Positions 11,605 through 24,039 of a stretch of DNA of 64,000 nt are shown here, piece after piece; position 1 is the stretch's first letter, and the number at the start of each line of letters is the position of its first letter. The DNA comes from Octopus sinensis (Eukaryota): positions 25,730,001 to 25,794,000 of the forward strand of contig NC_043008.1 in the NCBI RefSeq assembly GCF_006345805.1, in the 5' to 3' direction. Position numbers and translations under genes: made by a program. A model generated the notes under the pieces. That model did no database searches and had not been told where the DNA came from. It worked only from the letters and a program-made list of their open reading frames with translations.

Positions 11605-14600
11605 TTAAGAAATGTAAATAATCCGAGACAATTCCTTTGGCCAATGAACCGATCTGCCAGAATGTGTCCTGTAAGGTGAAGAATGCGTTTGTGGAAGTGG
11701 TGCTTGAGGGGGTGGGAGTAGTAATGTTTGTAGAATAATGGGTGTGTCAGCAAGTGACATAAATGTTTCAGAAAAGGCTTTTTTCAATCTGTTTCGGTGT
11801 GCTTCTAAGAACGTGATAGGACAAGTGTAGGGTGGTGTAAGCGGTCCCTTGACATCCTCATTTCTTACAAACATATGAGCCCAAGTAGAAATATCCAGAG
11901 GTACTGCAGAAGAAATAGATTGGGTGCGAGGAAGTATTGGTGGCAGGTCAGCAAAGAATGACCTTACATCAGACGCGTGATGTAAGATGTGGGATCCACA
12001 TCCGGTAAGTCGACGGGTGCCAACATTTGTCCAGGAAGTGCTAAAGTGGTGCCATACAGGAACTCAGCAGAGGAGTAGCCTAAATCTTCTTTGACAGCTG
12101 AGTGGCACCCCAGCAAAACAATGGGGAGAAACTCGGACCAAAGATGAGAATCAGGAGCAGCACCAACAGTGGCTTTAAGCTGGCGGTGGAATCGTTCCAC
12201 CAATCCGTTCGCGGTAGTATGGTAACTAGTGTGGATGTGCTGAACAACGAGCAATCTCGAAGGCTCACGGAACAGACAAGCTTCAAATTGGCGTCCACGA
12301 TCAGTAATAATTCTAGAGAGCTCTCTGAAGCGAGATATCCACCCGGAGATGAGTTCTCTGGCGGCTGTTTCCGTGGAAATGTCCACAAGAGGGATGGCCT
12401 CAGGCCATCTAGAGAAGCGGTCAGTGCAGGTCAATATATAAGTATATCTGCAACTGAGTAGGCAAGGACCAACCAGGTCGATGTGTATGTGATGGAACCT
12501 GGTGTCCGGTGACTGGAAGTGCCCAAGAGGTGCTCTCATGTGACGGTGCACCTTAGAACGCTGACATGGCAGACAGTCACGTGACCAAACAGTAATACAC
12601 CAATGCATATTCGGCCAGAAAAACGGGCCGCGATAAGCTTTATTGTGACCACAATGCCGGTGTGTGACAGTGAATGCAGTGCTTCTAAAACAGCAGAACG
12701 GTGATGTTCATGAATGAAGGGTCAGGGTGACCCAGTAGAAACATCACAGAGAATAGCTTCTTCAAAAAAAGGCAGAGGCAGGTATTCAAACTGTGGTGAA
12801 GAGGCGTTCAGAGAGTCCAAGGAGGGATGGTCAGTTGCCATAGCAACCAAATCAATCGAAGCAGGAAACGACAATGCACCAACAGGCAGGTGAGATAAGG
12901 CATTGATGGGGATGTTGTCAGTGCTAGCGATGTGCCGAATGTCACTAGTGAACTGTGATATTCGGTTGAGAGTAAACATGATAAATTTTGTCCTATTGTT
13001 ATATGCTTTGTTTCTCCAAATGCGTTGTTTCTCTGGACGAGTACTGGTCCGTTTTGGCAAAAAGAGCAAATGTTATTGATTTGTGGTCGGTGAAAATCAT
13101 GAAATCTCTACCTTCGAGAAGATGAGAGAAATACTCCACCGCTAGATAAATTGCTAAGAGTTACCAAACACACTGTATCTCGGTTCGACATCTTTCAACT
13201 GACAAGAAAAGAAAGCCAATGGCTGTTGATAAATTACTCTAAAACTGTGGCAATAGCAGGTGATGACACATTTACAGTGGGTGACAATTTTGCATATCAA
13301 CAGGGTGAGCGAGGAAGGATGCTTGGACCAGGTTAGCTGTGACAAATTCAAAAACTTGGATGACTGTAGGAGACAGCGTTATTGGGGAGTCTTTTTCCTG
13401 TTGATGTTTCAAAAGCTGGGTCAAGAGAAGCAACTTCTCTGCACAGTTAGGAATGAAATGATGATAATAATTGAGCTGTTTAAGGGAACAGGAAGAAACT
13501 AGCGTTTGATGGTTTCGACCTTAGAGGAAAGCAGACGAATACCGTCAGCGTCAATGAGATGCCCCAAGAATTCCAAACAGGTTGAACCAAATATATATTT
13601 AGCTGGATTGATCTTCACATCATAGGAATGTAGTCGCTTGAACAGTTGGGTTAAGTGTTGGAGGTGTTGGTCTGGAGTATCACTGGCAATTAGAAGGTCA
13701 TTGATGTATACGAAGACAAAGTCTAATCCACGGACGACCTCATCAATGAACCTTTGGAATGATCTGGCAACATTGCGAAGACCAAAAGACATAGGCAAAA
13801 GTTCAAACGCTCAAAAAGGCATGGTGTTGACTGTTTTTGGAATGTCATCGGGGTTGACAGGGATTTGATGGTACGTGCATACCAAGTCGATTTTAGAAAA
13901 AGTCTTAGACATGCAGGGCAGACGAAAATCCCTGCACATTTGGTAGCAGATAACGATCTGCCATAGTGACAGTGTTAAGACGTCTAAAATCTCCAACCGG
14001 TCAAAAATCAGCTTCATTCTTCCTGGCCATGTGTAAAGGTGCTGCCCATGGGCTGATGGAAGGACAAATGAGGCCCAGCTGGAGCATGAGTTCAACAGCA
14101 GCCTGGGCGATCTGGAGTTTCTCTGGAGGCAAACGGTGCAATCGGGAAAAATTGGAGGTCCCTTAATGGTGATGAAATGTCTTGTGGAATGGGCTGGATT
14201 CGACGGATGAAATCACTAATCTGACAACTTTTGAGACAAAGTGAGTAACTGGTGGTAAGGTCACCTGAACAAGCCATAAAGAAAGAAGGGTTCACTACAG
14301 GAACAGTAGAATCCTTTCTGGAGATTGTAAGTGAGATAGTATCATCAATAAGCTGGTATCCTCTAATGTCAACAAGGAGAGAATAGCGATGTAAGAAGTC
14401 AGCACCAAGGATGGGATATGGCAGGTCTGCAGTGATGAACATCTACTTGAAATCCCTATGGAATGATAAATCCAGGGTAAGAGAGATTTGTCCGTAGGTT
14501 TTAATGGTGGAATGATTCACTACGTAAAGAGATATGTCAGAAAGGCCAGGATTGGTGGAAGTAAGCATTTGAGGCCAGATAATAACACTGGCTCCTGTGT

Positions 14601-14739
14601 CCACCATAAAGGACTTTGAAGAAATAGCATCTCGGATAAAATATGCATGGTAAGGTGAATCAATGGGGGAGACAACTGACGTGCCCAGTGCCTCCTGGTC
14701 TAGTTTCCCTGAGAAGAGAAAGAGCAGGGCTGTGTACAC
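11605..14739 (-). pseudogene. pol: Gypsy pol (protease, RT, RNase H, integrase), disrupted
   Basis: PR: FMVDTGASV. RT: FSKIDLV..YHQIPV, MSFGLRN..FQRFIDEV..FVYINDLL. RH: QPLAFFS..YS..N.LLAIY..FTDHK. IN: HIHIDLVGP, DRFSRWPEAIPL, ITDRGRQFE, ANGLVERFHRQLK, and GPY/F-like VRNEDVKGPLTPPY. Confidence 0.92.
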
Positions 14740-15160
14740 TTTTCGGCCTGGTCCTTGAATTCCCTATGGAACCAACAAATTGATGGAGCAGGAAGTGCGC
14801 GTCCGCATGAGAAAGAGCAGTGCCTGGTCCTCCCTGCAGAATAATTCCATGAAGACAAACGGTTCCTGCACATGCGTGAAACCTGATGGGTCAGTTCTCC
14901 AATGGTCCGTAACATTTAGGAGGATTGTGTGTCGTCTGGAGCAGAAGTACAAAATCATGAGGAAGATGAAGAAGCAGCTTGAGGCAAGGGAAAAGGACTC
15001 ATCTTCAGATGGTAATAGGAAATGGAACGCCACGAAGAACAAGCTGGTTAAAAGAAACACTGTTAGAGATAGCAGTCAAATACCCTAGTTGAAAGAAACG
15101 ACGAGCATCGAACTAGGAATTTTTTTAGTAGCCGAGGATGAAATGGGAGAAGTTCTTACC
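14700..15160 (-). pseudogene. gag: Gypsy gag remnant with CHCC motif
   Basis: CWFHREFKDQAEKCTQPC = C-X2-H-X9-C-X3-C at 14724-14777, ending SQGN* at 14700. The upstream start is approximate. Confidence 0.8.
14703..14709 (-). promoter_or_regulatory. -1 ribosomal frameshift slippery heptamer G GGA AAC at the gag/pol overlap
   Basis: Gag frame CAG GGA AAC TAG; the -1 frame TCA GGG AAA CTA GAC continues into the protease ORF (SGKLDQE...DTGA). Confidence 0.8.
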
Positions 15161-15671
15161 AATGGATAACGAACAAAATAATGACCAACACATAGATGAT
15201 CCAGGAAGGGTTGAGAGAGAGAAACTCATGCCTGGCAGGAAGGGAAAAATGATGTGATGTTCCTGCTTGGTAGAGAAGACAAGATGACGAGGAAAGAGAC
15301 ATCAGCAGTATCTGAAATGTAATTCTGCATTTTACTGCTATTTTCAGCAAGTAGAGGATGCTGTGTAAGAATGAATTGATGTCTCGTGAAACATGAAGTA
15401 AACTGCCAAGAAGTTGTTAGGATGAAATAACCATGAATTTGTTTGTGCGTAAAACTACAAAGAAGTCTTTAGTTATAGGCTCTAGAAGTCATGGAGAAAA
15501 TGAAAAGCTTTAACGTAGAAAAATTTTCTTAGCTTTTCACTTGTGATGGATGATAAGGTAGAGGCAGTCCCGAAGTTGAACGTCGCAAGCATATGAATTC
15601 AATGGCTGTTGACGCGAACGCTGTACATCTTTTAGTAATGCGTTTATAAGTCGGGTCCACCGTGCACGGCT

Positions 15672-15925
15672 GTAAGATTTTTACTAAAATCGACTTGGTA
15701 TGCACGTACCATCAAATCCCTGTCAACCCTGACTACATTCCAAAGACAGCCAACACCACGCTTTTTTGAGCATTTGAATTTTTGTCTATGACGTTTGGTC
15801 TTCACAATGCAGCCAGCACATTCCAAAGGTTCATTAATGAGGTCGTTTGTGGGTTAGACTTTGTCTTCGTATATGTCGATGACCTTCTAATTGCCAGTGG
15901 TGCTCCAGACCAGCACCTCCAACAC
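15672..15925 (+). pseudogene. Inverted duplicate of the element's RT core inside the 5' leader
   Basis: FTKIDLVCTYHQIPVNP...MTFGLHNAASTFQRFINEVVCGLDFVFVYVDDLLIAS on the + strand is the reverse complement of ~13655-13910. Confidence 0.9.
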
Positions 15926-16016
15926 AAGTTGAACGTCACAAAGCATACGAATTCAATGGCTGTTGATGTGAACGCTGTAGATCTTTTAGGAGTGCGTTTC
16001 TAAGTTGGGTCCGTGT

Positions 16017-16034
16017 TCCACGTCGGGTTCACCA
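16017..16034 (-). promoter_or_regulatory. Primer-binding site complementary to tRNA-Trp 3' end
   Basis: Minus strand TGGTGAACCCGACGTGGA versus expected TGGTGACCCCGACGTGAT, adjacent to the 5' LTR. Confidence 0.8.
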
Positions 16035-16035
16035 T

Positions 16036-16418
16036 TATAGATGGTGGTGTTCTCAGCCATCTAATAATGACTCTGCTCAGAAGGCTGTAATATCATCTGA
16101 TAAAGGAACACAGTACAATGGATACATAGAATGAGACTGTAACTTTAAGTACATTTACTCTCAGTCTCAAAATATATACAAGTTGAATAATAATGGAAAG
16201 AGTTTGATGTGTGGAGATCATGCTCATCTGTGTATTACATCATGTCTGCTAGCTGGTGTGTGTTGTATAAGAGCCAGCTAGGTCATGTCTTCAAAGTCTA
16301 GTGTCTCATCACGAAAGAGGAAGTGCCAAGGCTTAGTGTCAGCACCTAACCGCTCTTGTGCCATCTAGTTGTGAGCTTGTTTAAATAGCCACTGACAAGG
16401 GAGGTAACTGCACATACA
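16036..16418 (-). repeat. 5' LTR
   Basis: Direct repeat of 10840-11224; starts TGTATG on the minus strand. Confidence 0.9.
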
Positions 16419-16679
16419 GTGGCTTGAATACTGTTGTTCATCGGCTTTTCAGACACAGATATCCAGGGCAATAAAGAACTATCCCAGCAACAAACATTTT
16501 CATGAGATTATCTTTCTTTAACCAACTAATTAATATTTCTAAGTTATATTTTATATCAGATAGTAATGTAAGCTTATCAGAAGTGTTTTCATGTGTAATG
16601 CTTCTGCCTTGTTTTCCAAATTGAACTAAGTGAAGTAAAGCATGTGCCACTGGGGAATGTCTCTATGACCTTTGACTTT

Positions 16680-16797
16680 GCTCAGAAGGCTGTAATATCA
16701 TCTGATAAAGGAACACACTACAATGGATACATAGAATGAGACTGTAACTTTAAGTACATTTACTCTCGGTCTCAAAATATATACAAATTGTATAATA
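16680..16797. repeat. Third, partial copy of the Gypsy LTR
   Basis: ctcagaaggctgtaatatcatctgataaaggaacac...tctcaaaatatatacaa is nearly identical to 16077-16190. Confidence 0.85.
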
Positions 16798-16999
16798 AGT
16801 GATGGCAAAGACAGTAGCCCAACATATTCCCCAGCTGGTGATTTTAGTTTTATATACATTGGTCAGATCCAGGTCAGCCAATGAGAAGATCTTTGACTGA
16901 AGGCATTCCAGTCTTGAGAATCTCTTATTTTTTCTTTAAGACAACATGATGTTAGTTATGGGAGATTTTGCTACTAGTTCTACAATGTAGAGTGACCAT

Positions 17000-17290
17000 G
17001 TTGAGTCTCACTAGACATAGTATATAAGGTGAAAAGAGAGTTATCGTGTTTGGAAGAGTTTGGAGGGTGATAGAGGAAGTAAATGTATTAAAGATGTTGG
17101 GAGGGGAAAAAGTTTGAGTACATGAGAAATTTTGTTACTAATATTCAGGTTCAAAAAGTGATGGCAAAGACAGTGGAAACTACGTATATGCATTCACTAC
17201 CTTTTAAACTGAGGTTTCTTTAAGGTGTATAAACATGGTTGCAGAGATGGACTGCACATAAGGGCTGAAAATTTTATATCCTGGAGAGGA
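17000..17290 (-). mobile_element. Second fragment of CR1/L2-like endonuclease region
   Basis: gtggaaactac.tat.tgcat.cacc/taccttt..a..gaggttt is homologous to 10570-10700. Confidence 0.5.
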
Positions 17291-19387
17291 ATGCGATCAT
17301 GTAACATGAGATAGGATAAAATTACAATATTTTGAATGTTTAAACCCAACTTAAAAGCTGGTAATTATTTTAACATTTGATATGTATATATCATGCTCGC
17401 TAATAACTCAGTCAATAAGTTCAGCATTGACAGCAGCTTAATATGGCAGCCCTTCTTGAAAGATAAATATAAATAGTCAAAAATGTTTGTATGTATGTAT
17501 GTATGTTGCTTAAGAATAAGAAGTTTGTACTCTACGAAAGTATAGAGTAACCCTTCAGACTAATGTTTAACTGTTTTTATTGTGACTGAACACAAAAACA
17601 ATTATACACACACACACACACACACACACTCGTGTGTGTATATATATATATATATCATCATGATCATGATCATCATCATCATTGTTTAACTTCTGCTTTC
17701 CATGCTGGCAGGATAATTATTCCTAGTTTGATTCCAGTTGGTAATATGTATCAGATTATAATTACCAGTCAAATTGATAGAAACTCAATGTGAAGATATA
17801 AGATGGAAATTTTATAAAATATTTCTTTTCGAAAGATTAATAGGTATCAATAGTATTAAACATATTAATTATGGTAATAATAATTATTTTATTTATAGTA
17901 AAGGTAATAAATGAGACAAGATTACTAAGATAAATTATCTAAAATTATGAGTGATTACAAAGAATTGATTATGAAAAGTGCTATGGAAAATGTATGTGCA
18001 AAAAGTATAAAAGAGAACATGATTGGGATTTAGCCATGGAGGAATTGAGAAACCCACATATCTGACATGTACCAGCTTTATTCTCAGGCCTACAAGCTCC
18101 CATGAAATCTATATCAATTATTCCACCACTTAGTCCCACTTTTCAGCAAATCTACTCAAAGGTACTATCTTGTTTACCAATCTCATCTTCCCTTTCATGT
18201 GCAACTTAAAACTTTTGATCAGGGCTTTGCTGAAGAAGTGAGTGTCTGTCTTCAACCTTTATCCATCATACAATCATGATCCTCCTGATGGACTTGGATG
18301 ATATCCAGATTCTCACTACATATAACTACAGCTCTTTAACATAATTTCACTTGACAGCAACAATTGAATAATGAATTCATGCATTCAAAATGATTTCATT
18401 GCCTTGTGTACATCTGAAACTAGCTCAGCTAACAGTGCTATTGTGCATGTAGTATTTATTGCAAACAAGCAGTTCTTCCCAAAAGCAATGCTAAGCCACA
18501 GGTTTCTGTCAGATTTCTGTCCAATATTCCTGAGCTGAAAGTCCTCTGGAATAATCTGTACAGTTGATCCTTACTGATTTGTACATTACTCTTGAGATGG
18601 TTATTATGGTTACCCACCACTAACCTTGAATAGAATGCATGGGTTGACATACTTCTGCTGTGGCATCTGACTAGTAGAGAACTGTAAGTATTTGACAATA
18701 TACCCAAGTCAAAATGAATCTTATTAACATCAACAACATAAAAAATTTTAGGAAAAATAGGATGACTAGTTGGTAGCTGTCCTGCTCTGATCAACTTGCA
18801 AGACAGACAAAGATGATTTGGTTGGCTCTAGTTTGAACTTGATTGATCTGAAACAGAGTAGAAAGGTATGCCCTGCTATATGACTAACAACAAATTTGAA
18901 CTCATGACCAGATAATCCCAAATACTGGTCACTTGGCCATCTGACCCCTATCACATTCTATCACAATGCATAAAAGAAAAGCTAAAGAAATCTGACTAAT
19001 GATAAATTGAAAGTGAACAGCAGCATGTTAACATTTCTAAATTAAATTTATATTTGTCTGGTTTTAATGAAATTATATGCTCAAAACCTGCACTATGCTG
19101 ACATTGTACACTATTTTATTTTCCTTTTTAAAACTTTTTTCCTCGTTTCACTAAGTTAATTTTTTTAGCTCCGGAAAAGAAACTAAAATTAATTTCCAAA
19201 AGTAGTTTCTTCTACAGATCACATTTTACTGTTTTAAAAGCTTTTGTGAGAAAAAGAATGTGATATAATGCAAAATATATGCCTATATAAATATGCATGT
19301 ATTATACATGCATATAAAAATGTATACATACACAAACATATTGACATACATATATGTGTGCATATGTATATAGCCATAAAAATGAGG

Positions 19388-19422
<35 letters not shown>

Positions 19423-19445
19423 TATTATTATTATTATTATTATTA

Positions 19446-20046
19446 GCATTACCAAGTTGTGGTGACATGACTAGGTAGCAAAAGTACTACATTGGAAACT
19501 GTGTGATAAGTGGAGACTAGTGAGAGGCAAGACATGGTATGAGCACAAACCAAAGAGAGTAGCAGAGTCAGAGACTAGCAAAATCCTCAAGGATTTCTCA
19601 CTCAAAACAGATTAGGTGCTAGAGCATAACAAACTGGACTTAGTGGTGGGGGACAAGGTGCACCACACATGCTATATAGTTGATGTTGCATGCCCCTTTG
19701 ACACATGAATAGTCAAGAAGGAAGACAAAAAGATAGATACAACCCTCTTAAGTCAAGAAGGAAGGTGACAAATATGAAAATAGCCCAGCTCTGGAAAATT
19801 ATTGTTGGGTCCTTGGGAACAGTATCAGAAGGCATCAAGAGGAATATAAAGGAAATTGGAATTGAGTGCCCAGTAGAACTATTACGATATGTTTGCCTCC
19901 TTGGCACAGCCAGAATAATAAGGAAAGTATTAGGTAGCTGAAAAGAACGAATAGCATGGTACCGTAGACTGCAGGTAGTAAGCCTGATATGCATGCAGGA
20001 CTCCAGGAGCTCAAACAAAACTTGTGATAAAGAGAAAATAATAATG

Positions 20047-20090
<44 letters not shown>
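19446..20090 (+). mobile_element. 5'-truncated R4/Dong-type RLE non-LTR retrotransposon (family 1) with (TAA)n tail
   Basis: HD.VAKVLHWKLC..WYEHKP..DFSLKTD..HNKLDLVV..CYIVDVACPFD..IIVGSLG..LLGTARIIRKVL* = PD-(D/E)xK endonuclease C-terminus; (TAA)n at 20036-20090. Confidence 0.8.
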
Positions 20091-21287
20091 TGGCCTAGAC
20101 ACCTACCTGAAAAACTCTGAGGACTGGATATTAAAACTTGTCTCAAAACATGAAAACAAGAAAGCATCATACTCAGTAACAAAACAGGCAAAGGAATATC
20201 TAAATGAATTCCAAATACAACACATTTCGGAATTAGACATACAAGAAACAAGCACAGAGAAAGCTAAGTGCATGAAAACCCACACTAAAACTGCTACCTT
20301 AGATATTCTGAATGATAAATGGCAAGAAAAACCTCTCAATGGCAAATACCCAAAGAGAGCGTATAATGCCAATGTTGACAAAGCCCTGACCCATCAATAA
20401 CTAATGGCCTCTGGCTTAAAATCTGAAACAGAAGGGTTTATCATAGCAGCTCAAGATCAATGCTTACCTACAAGGAACAACCAGGCCAACACATTAAGGA
20501 ACGGCAGTAGCCCAACATGTCGTGTATGTCAACAACAAAATGAAACCCTTGATCATGTTGTCTCCAAGTGCAGTCTTCTTGTGCCTACAGAGTATCTCAA
20601 CAGGCATGATAGAGCTGCACAATATATTCACTGGGTAATTTGCAAAAGCCTAGACTTGCCCCATGATAAAAACTGGTGGGAACACAAACCACCTCCAGTG
20701 CTTCAAAATGACCACATCTCACTCCTCTGGGACTTCACCATTCAAACTGACAGAAAGATAGATGCGAATAGGCCAGACATCATAGTAAAAGACTTCAAAC
20801 AAAAAACATGCCTCCTCATTGATATGACTGTCCCAATCGATATAAACGTATTTGTCAAGACCTACCAAAAACTGAGCAAATATAAAGATCTTGAAATAGA
20901 AATTAACAAAATGTGAAACTCGAAGGCTAAAATAATACCTGTTGTCATAGGTGCCCTGGGAATGATAGCAAAAGGGGCTGATTGATATCTAGCTCAGATA
21001 TCAGGAAACCTAAAAATGGCAGAAATTCAAAACAAAGTGCTCATGGGAACTGCTCATCTCCTACGCAAAATACTTTCTATGTAAACTCAAGTTTTAAAAC
21101 AAGCATAATTTTTTTATGGTTTCTTAAAACATTCATTAGTACAACACTAAGTACAAAACGAAATACATGGCACACTAGGCATAACACCAACATGAACTTC
21201 CAACTTGTCTCTTGAGACTTGGAGCCAACTTGTACAAATGTAAAGCAAAAGTCAAACATAGAATAATAATAATAATAACAATAATAA
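20091..21287 (+). mobile_element. 5'-truncated R4/Dong-type RLE non-LTR retrotransposon (family 2) with (TAA)n tail
   Basis: GLKSETEGFIIAAQDQ, CCHC knuckle CRVC..ETLDHVVSKC, RHD, NRPDIIV..LLIDMTVP..KLSKYKDL, PVVIGALG; ORF stop at 21082-21084; (TAA)n tail at 21262-21287. Confidence 0.9.
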
Positions 21288-22766
21288 AGGATTCTTATAT
21301 CTGCGTGTCTTACAAGATTTTAATTCAACCATCTATTTACAAATGAGTTCACAGATTGAACATAAAGGATTCTTATATGAAATGGCTTGCACATTAGTTC
21401 AAGACTTTATCTTTGCTCTGAGTTCTTGAAAATGATCCAGGCAGTTTAATTTATAGTTCTTTATGGCTTTATTTTTCATGACAAATGAATTTCCATTTCA
21501 ATGCAGTTTTTTCATGTTAGTCTTGAGCTTGTCCTTGTCCTTTAGCCATGGTCTTCTTATGCTTCCTCTTCCATTATGGAGCTGGTAATACGTAAAGACT
21601 TTAGGAATGCAATTATTATTCATTCTGCTGACATGACAAATCTATCTTAATTGAGATTGCAAAAGAAGAATTAAATACCACTGATTTTATATTTAGAGAA
21701 ATAGCCACCATTCAAATTATTTCATTCAGACTGTATCCACAAATGGTCTAAAGACATCAACCTGGTTGATATGTGATTGATAGAGCACCTAATATTCCAA
21801 TGTATATAGGAGAATAGAAAGGATAAAAGAAATGGCAGTATTTCATCATCATCACAAAGACATGTGTTCCCTTGACCACCACAACAACAAAGTCAAGTAC
21901 TACTTTTGAAATGTCTATTATCCATGAGCAATTCTATGAAATTCCTTTACATGAAACTAATTATAGTGAATGATGCATGTACCAAACTGCATTTCCTTTC
22001 CCAATAAGACATCTTTCCTTTCACTGACCAAACATTGGTTGAGATAAACAGAAACTGAACAATCTTCATGTTTTACACCTAATATTCTTGGCAGAAATTC
22101 TGACAAACTCACCCAAATTGTTTTATGTCACACTCATTCCTCATTTTGTATTTCTATGTCCCTTTCACTACTACTAAGTAATTGGTTCCTTGCACTATTA
22201 CTTGGTAATTGGTAACTGGAGACATTATGTTAGGTTCAGTCATCCTTTTGAAAAATCTTGGTGTTGTTTTGTTGGTTTTTTGTTTCTAGCAACCCTCCTC
22301 ACCAGGTCAGGCTGGTGGGCATGCTATTAGTTGCTGGTTATCTGGATTACGTTTCTTGTACCAATCAAAGTGAACTAACGTACACACACACACAAACATT
22401 AATATTTATTTATAGGGGCCTGGTTGGTTGATCAACCATATTGTCTACTTATTGAATTAGTGTGCAAATTAGCTGAGTAGACTCAAGTGAACATGGTGTG
22501 ACGAAAGTGCAACATGGCCAGACATTTAAATTAAGGGTACAGATAGCCTTCTACACAGTTTCTGTCTACTCTTATTCATTCACACAGTTTAAGTCAACCC
22601 AAGGCTATAGTAAATGTACTTGCCTGAGATGACAAGCAATGCGATCAATTCTGAGACTACAAGTTTGCAAGGCAAACTTCTTATCCTTCCAGTATTGATA
22701 TATATATATATATATATATATGATGTATGTGTGCAAGTGTGTTTATATGTAAGGGATAAAGACTCC

Positions 22767-23080
22767 ATTCGATCATGAATGACCATAGGATTGCACCAAG
22801 AAAGTTCTCAGCCTAGGCACAAGTCTGGGCAATGTTGTTTATGGAAGACCAAAAGTTTCCCCTGTATACCAGCCTCCCCTCTCTAAGCCACTGATATTAT
22901 CCAAGGGAAAGGCAAAGGCTGATACTGCTAGGTACCAGTGACATGGCAACTCATTTCTATAGCTGTGTGAACTGGAACAACATGAAATAAAGTGTCTTAC
23001 ATACAGCCTAGTCTTGGAATCAAACTCAATCCTCATGATTGTGAGTCTGATGCTCTAGCCACTGAGCCATGCACCTTCAC
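22767..23080 (-). mobile_element. tRNA-derived SINE, family C
   Basis: Minus-strand head gaaggtgcatggctcagtggctagagc (A box), gtttgattcc (B box); homologous to 24040-24363. Confidence 0.8.
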
Positions 23081-23091
23081 ATGTTTATATA

Positions 23092-23491
23092 TCTTTATAT
23101 ATAAAAGTGAGGTTGTGTGCTGTCTGTCTCCTACGATTTAGATTCCTAACTACTCCCACATTTTGCGGTGCAGTTTAACCAAAACCGGGTATCTTATAGT
23201 CGGGATTCATATCAAGCCCTTCTGGATATTAGCGCGCGTCTACGATGGGTCTATGATTTTAAAAATAATTTACCATCAATTTTTCCCATTTTTAATGCAC
23301 TTTTGGCATATATAAGGGAAGTAACTCTCTAATAATTTATTATTAAATCTCAGAACATAAAAGCTACAGTAACACCCCCCCCCGCCTTTGTGGTTAGCCA
23401 TATTGAGATGGCTATTATACTTTACATCTCTAAAAATGCTTATATAGTTATTTCCCTTACAAACCCGAGCAACGCTGGGCGATACTGCTAG
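23092..23491 (+). mobile_element. Non-autonomous Helitron (400 bp)
   Basis: A|TC 5' start, subterminal hairpin cccgagcaacgctggg, 3' CTAG|T, no TSD; second copy at 44972-45366. Confidence 0.88.
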
Positions 23492-24039
23492 TATATAACA
23501 AATCAAAAGAGTGGCTTATTAGCAATGAGAATCGAAATTGCAATATACTCTAGGAACTTGCTTCCCTTTGTCAGTCTTTAAGTATAGTGCTTTAGTGACT
23601 TTGGAGCTAATTTAACTTTTATTTTAGCATAAGCAGTTCTACTCAGTACCATCTGTCACTTTTGTAATCTGCATTAATTTTGCCTTTTGGTTCTAATAAC
23701 TAATAAGCCAATCTTTTAATTTGTTGTTTACACTTTTACCATTTTGAAAATCAGCACATGATTTCGATGGTTTTTCTTATAAGATTGACAAAGTAAGTTG
23801 AGTTTAACCAGGTGTTAAGATCCACTAATGAGAATTAGGGTGGTCTACACCATAATTTGAAATCGCGATACAGCTATATATGCTAGGGACATGTCACCTT
23901 CGTCAGTTATTGAGTATAGTGCTTTAGTATCTTTGGAACTAATTTAACTCTTAATTTAGCATAAACGTTGCTAGTCAGCACCCTCCATCACTTTTGTGAC
24001 CCCTATTAATTTATATATATATCTGAGACCTGAGACCCC

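Larger units (their letters stand above)
10840..16418 (-). mobile_element. Full-length defective Gypsy LTR retrotransposon, CsRn1 clade
   Basis: Two ~385-bp LTRs, PBS, PPT, order gag-PR-RT-RH-IN, CHCC Gag motif, tRNA-Trp PBS, and flanks atgg/gtgg (4-bp TSD with one mismatch). Confidence 0.92.

Noticed and set aside
18000-18960. Stop-poor minus-strand stretch that may be an ancient TE coding relic
   Set aside because: No diagnostic motif could be recognised.
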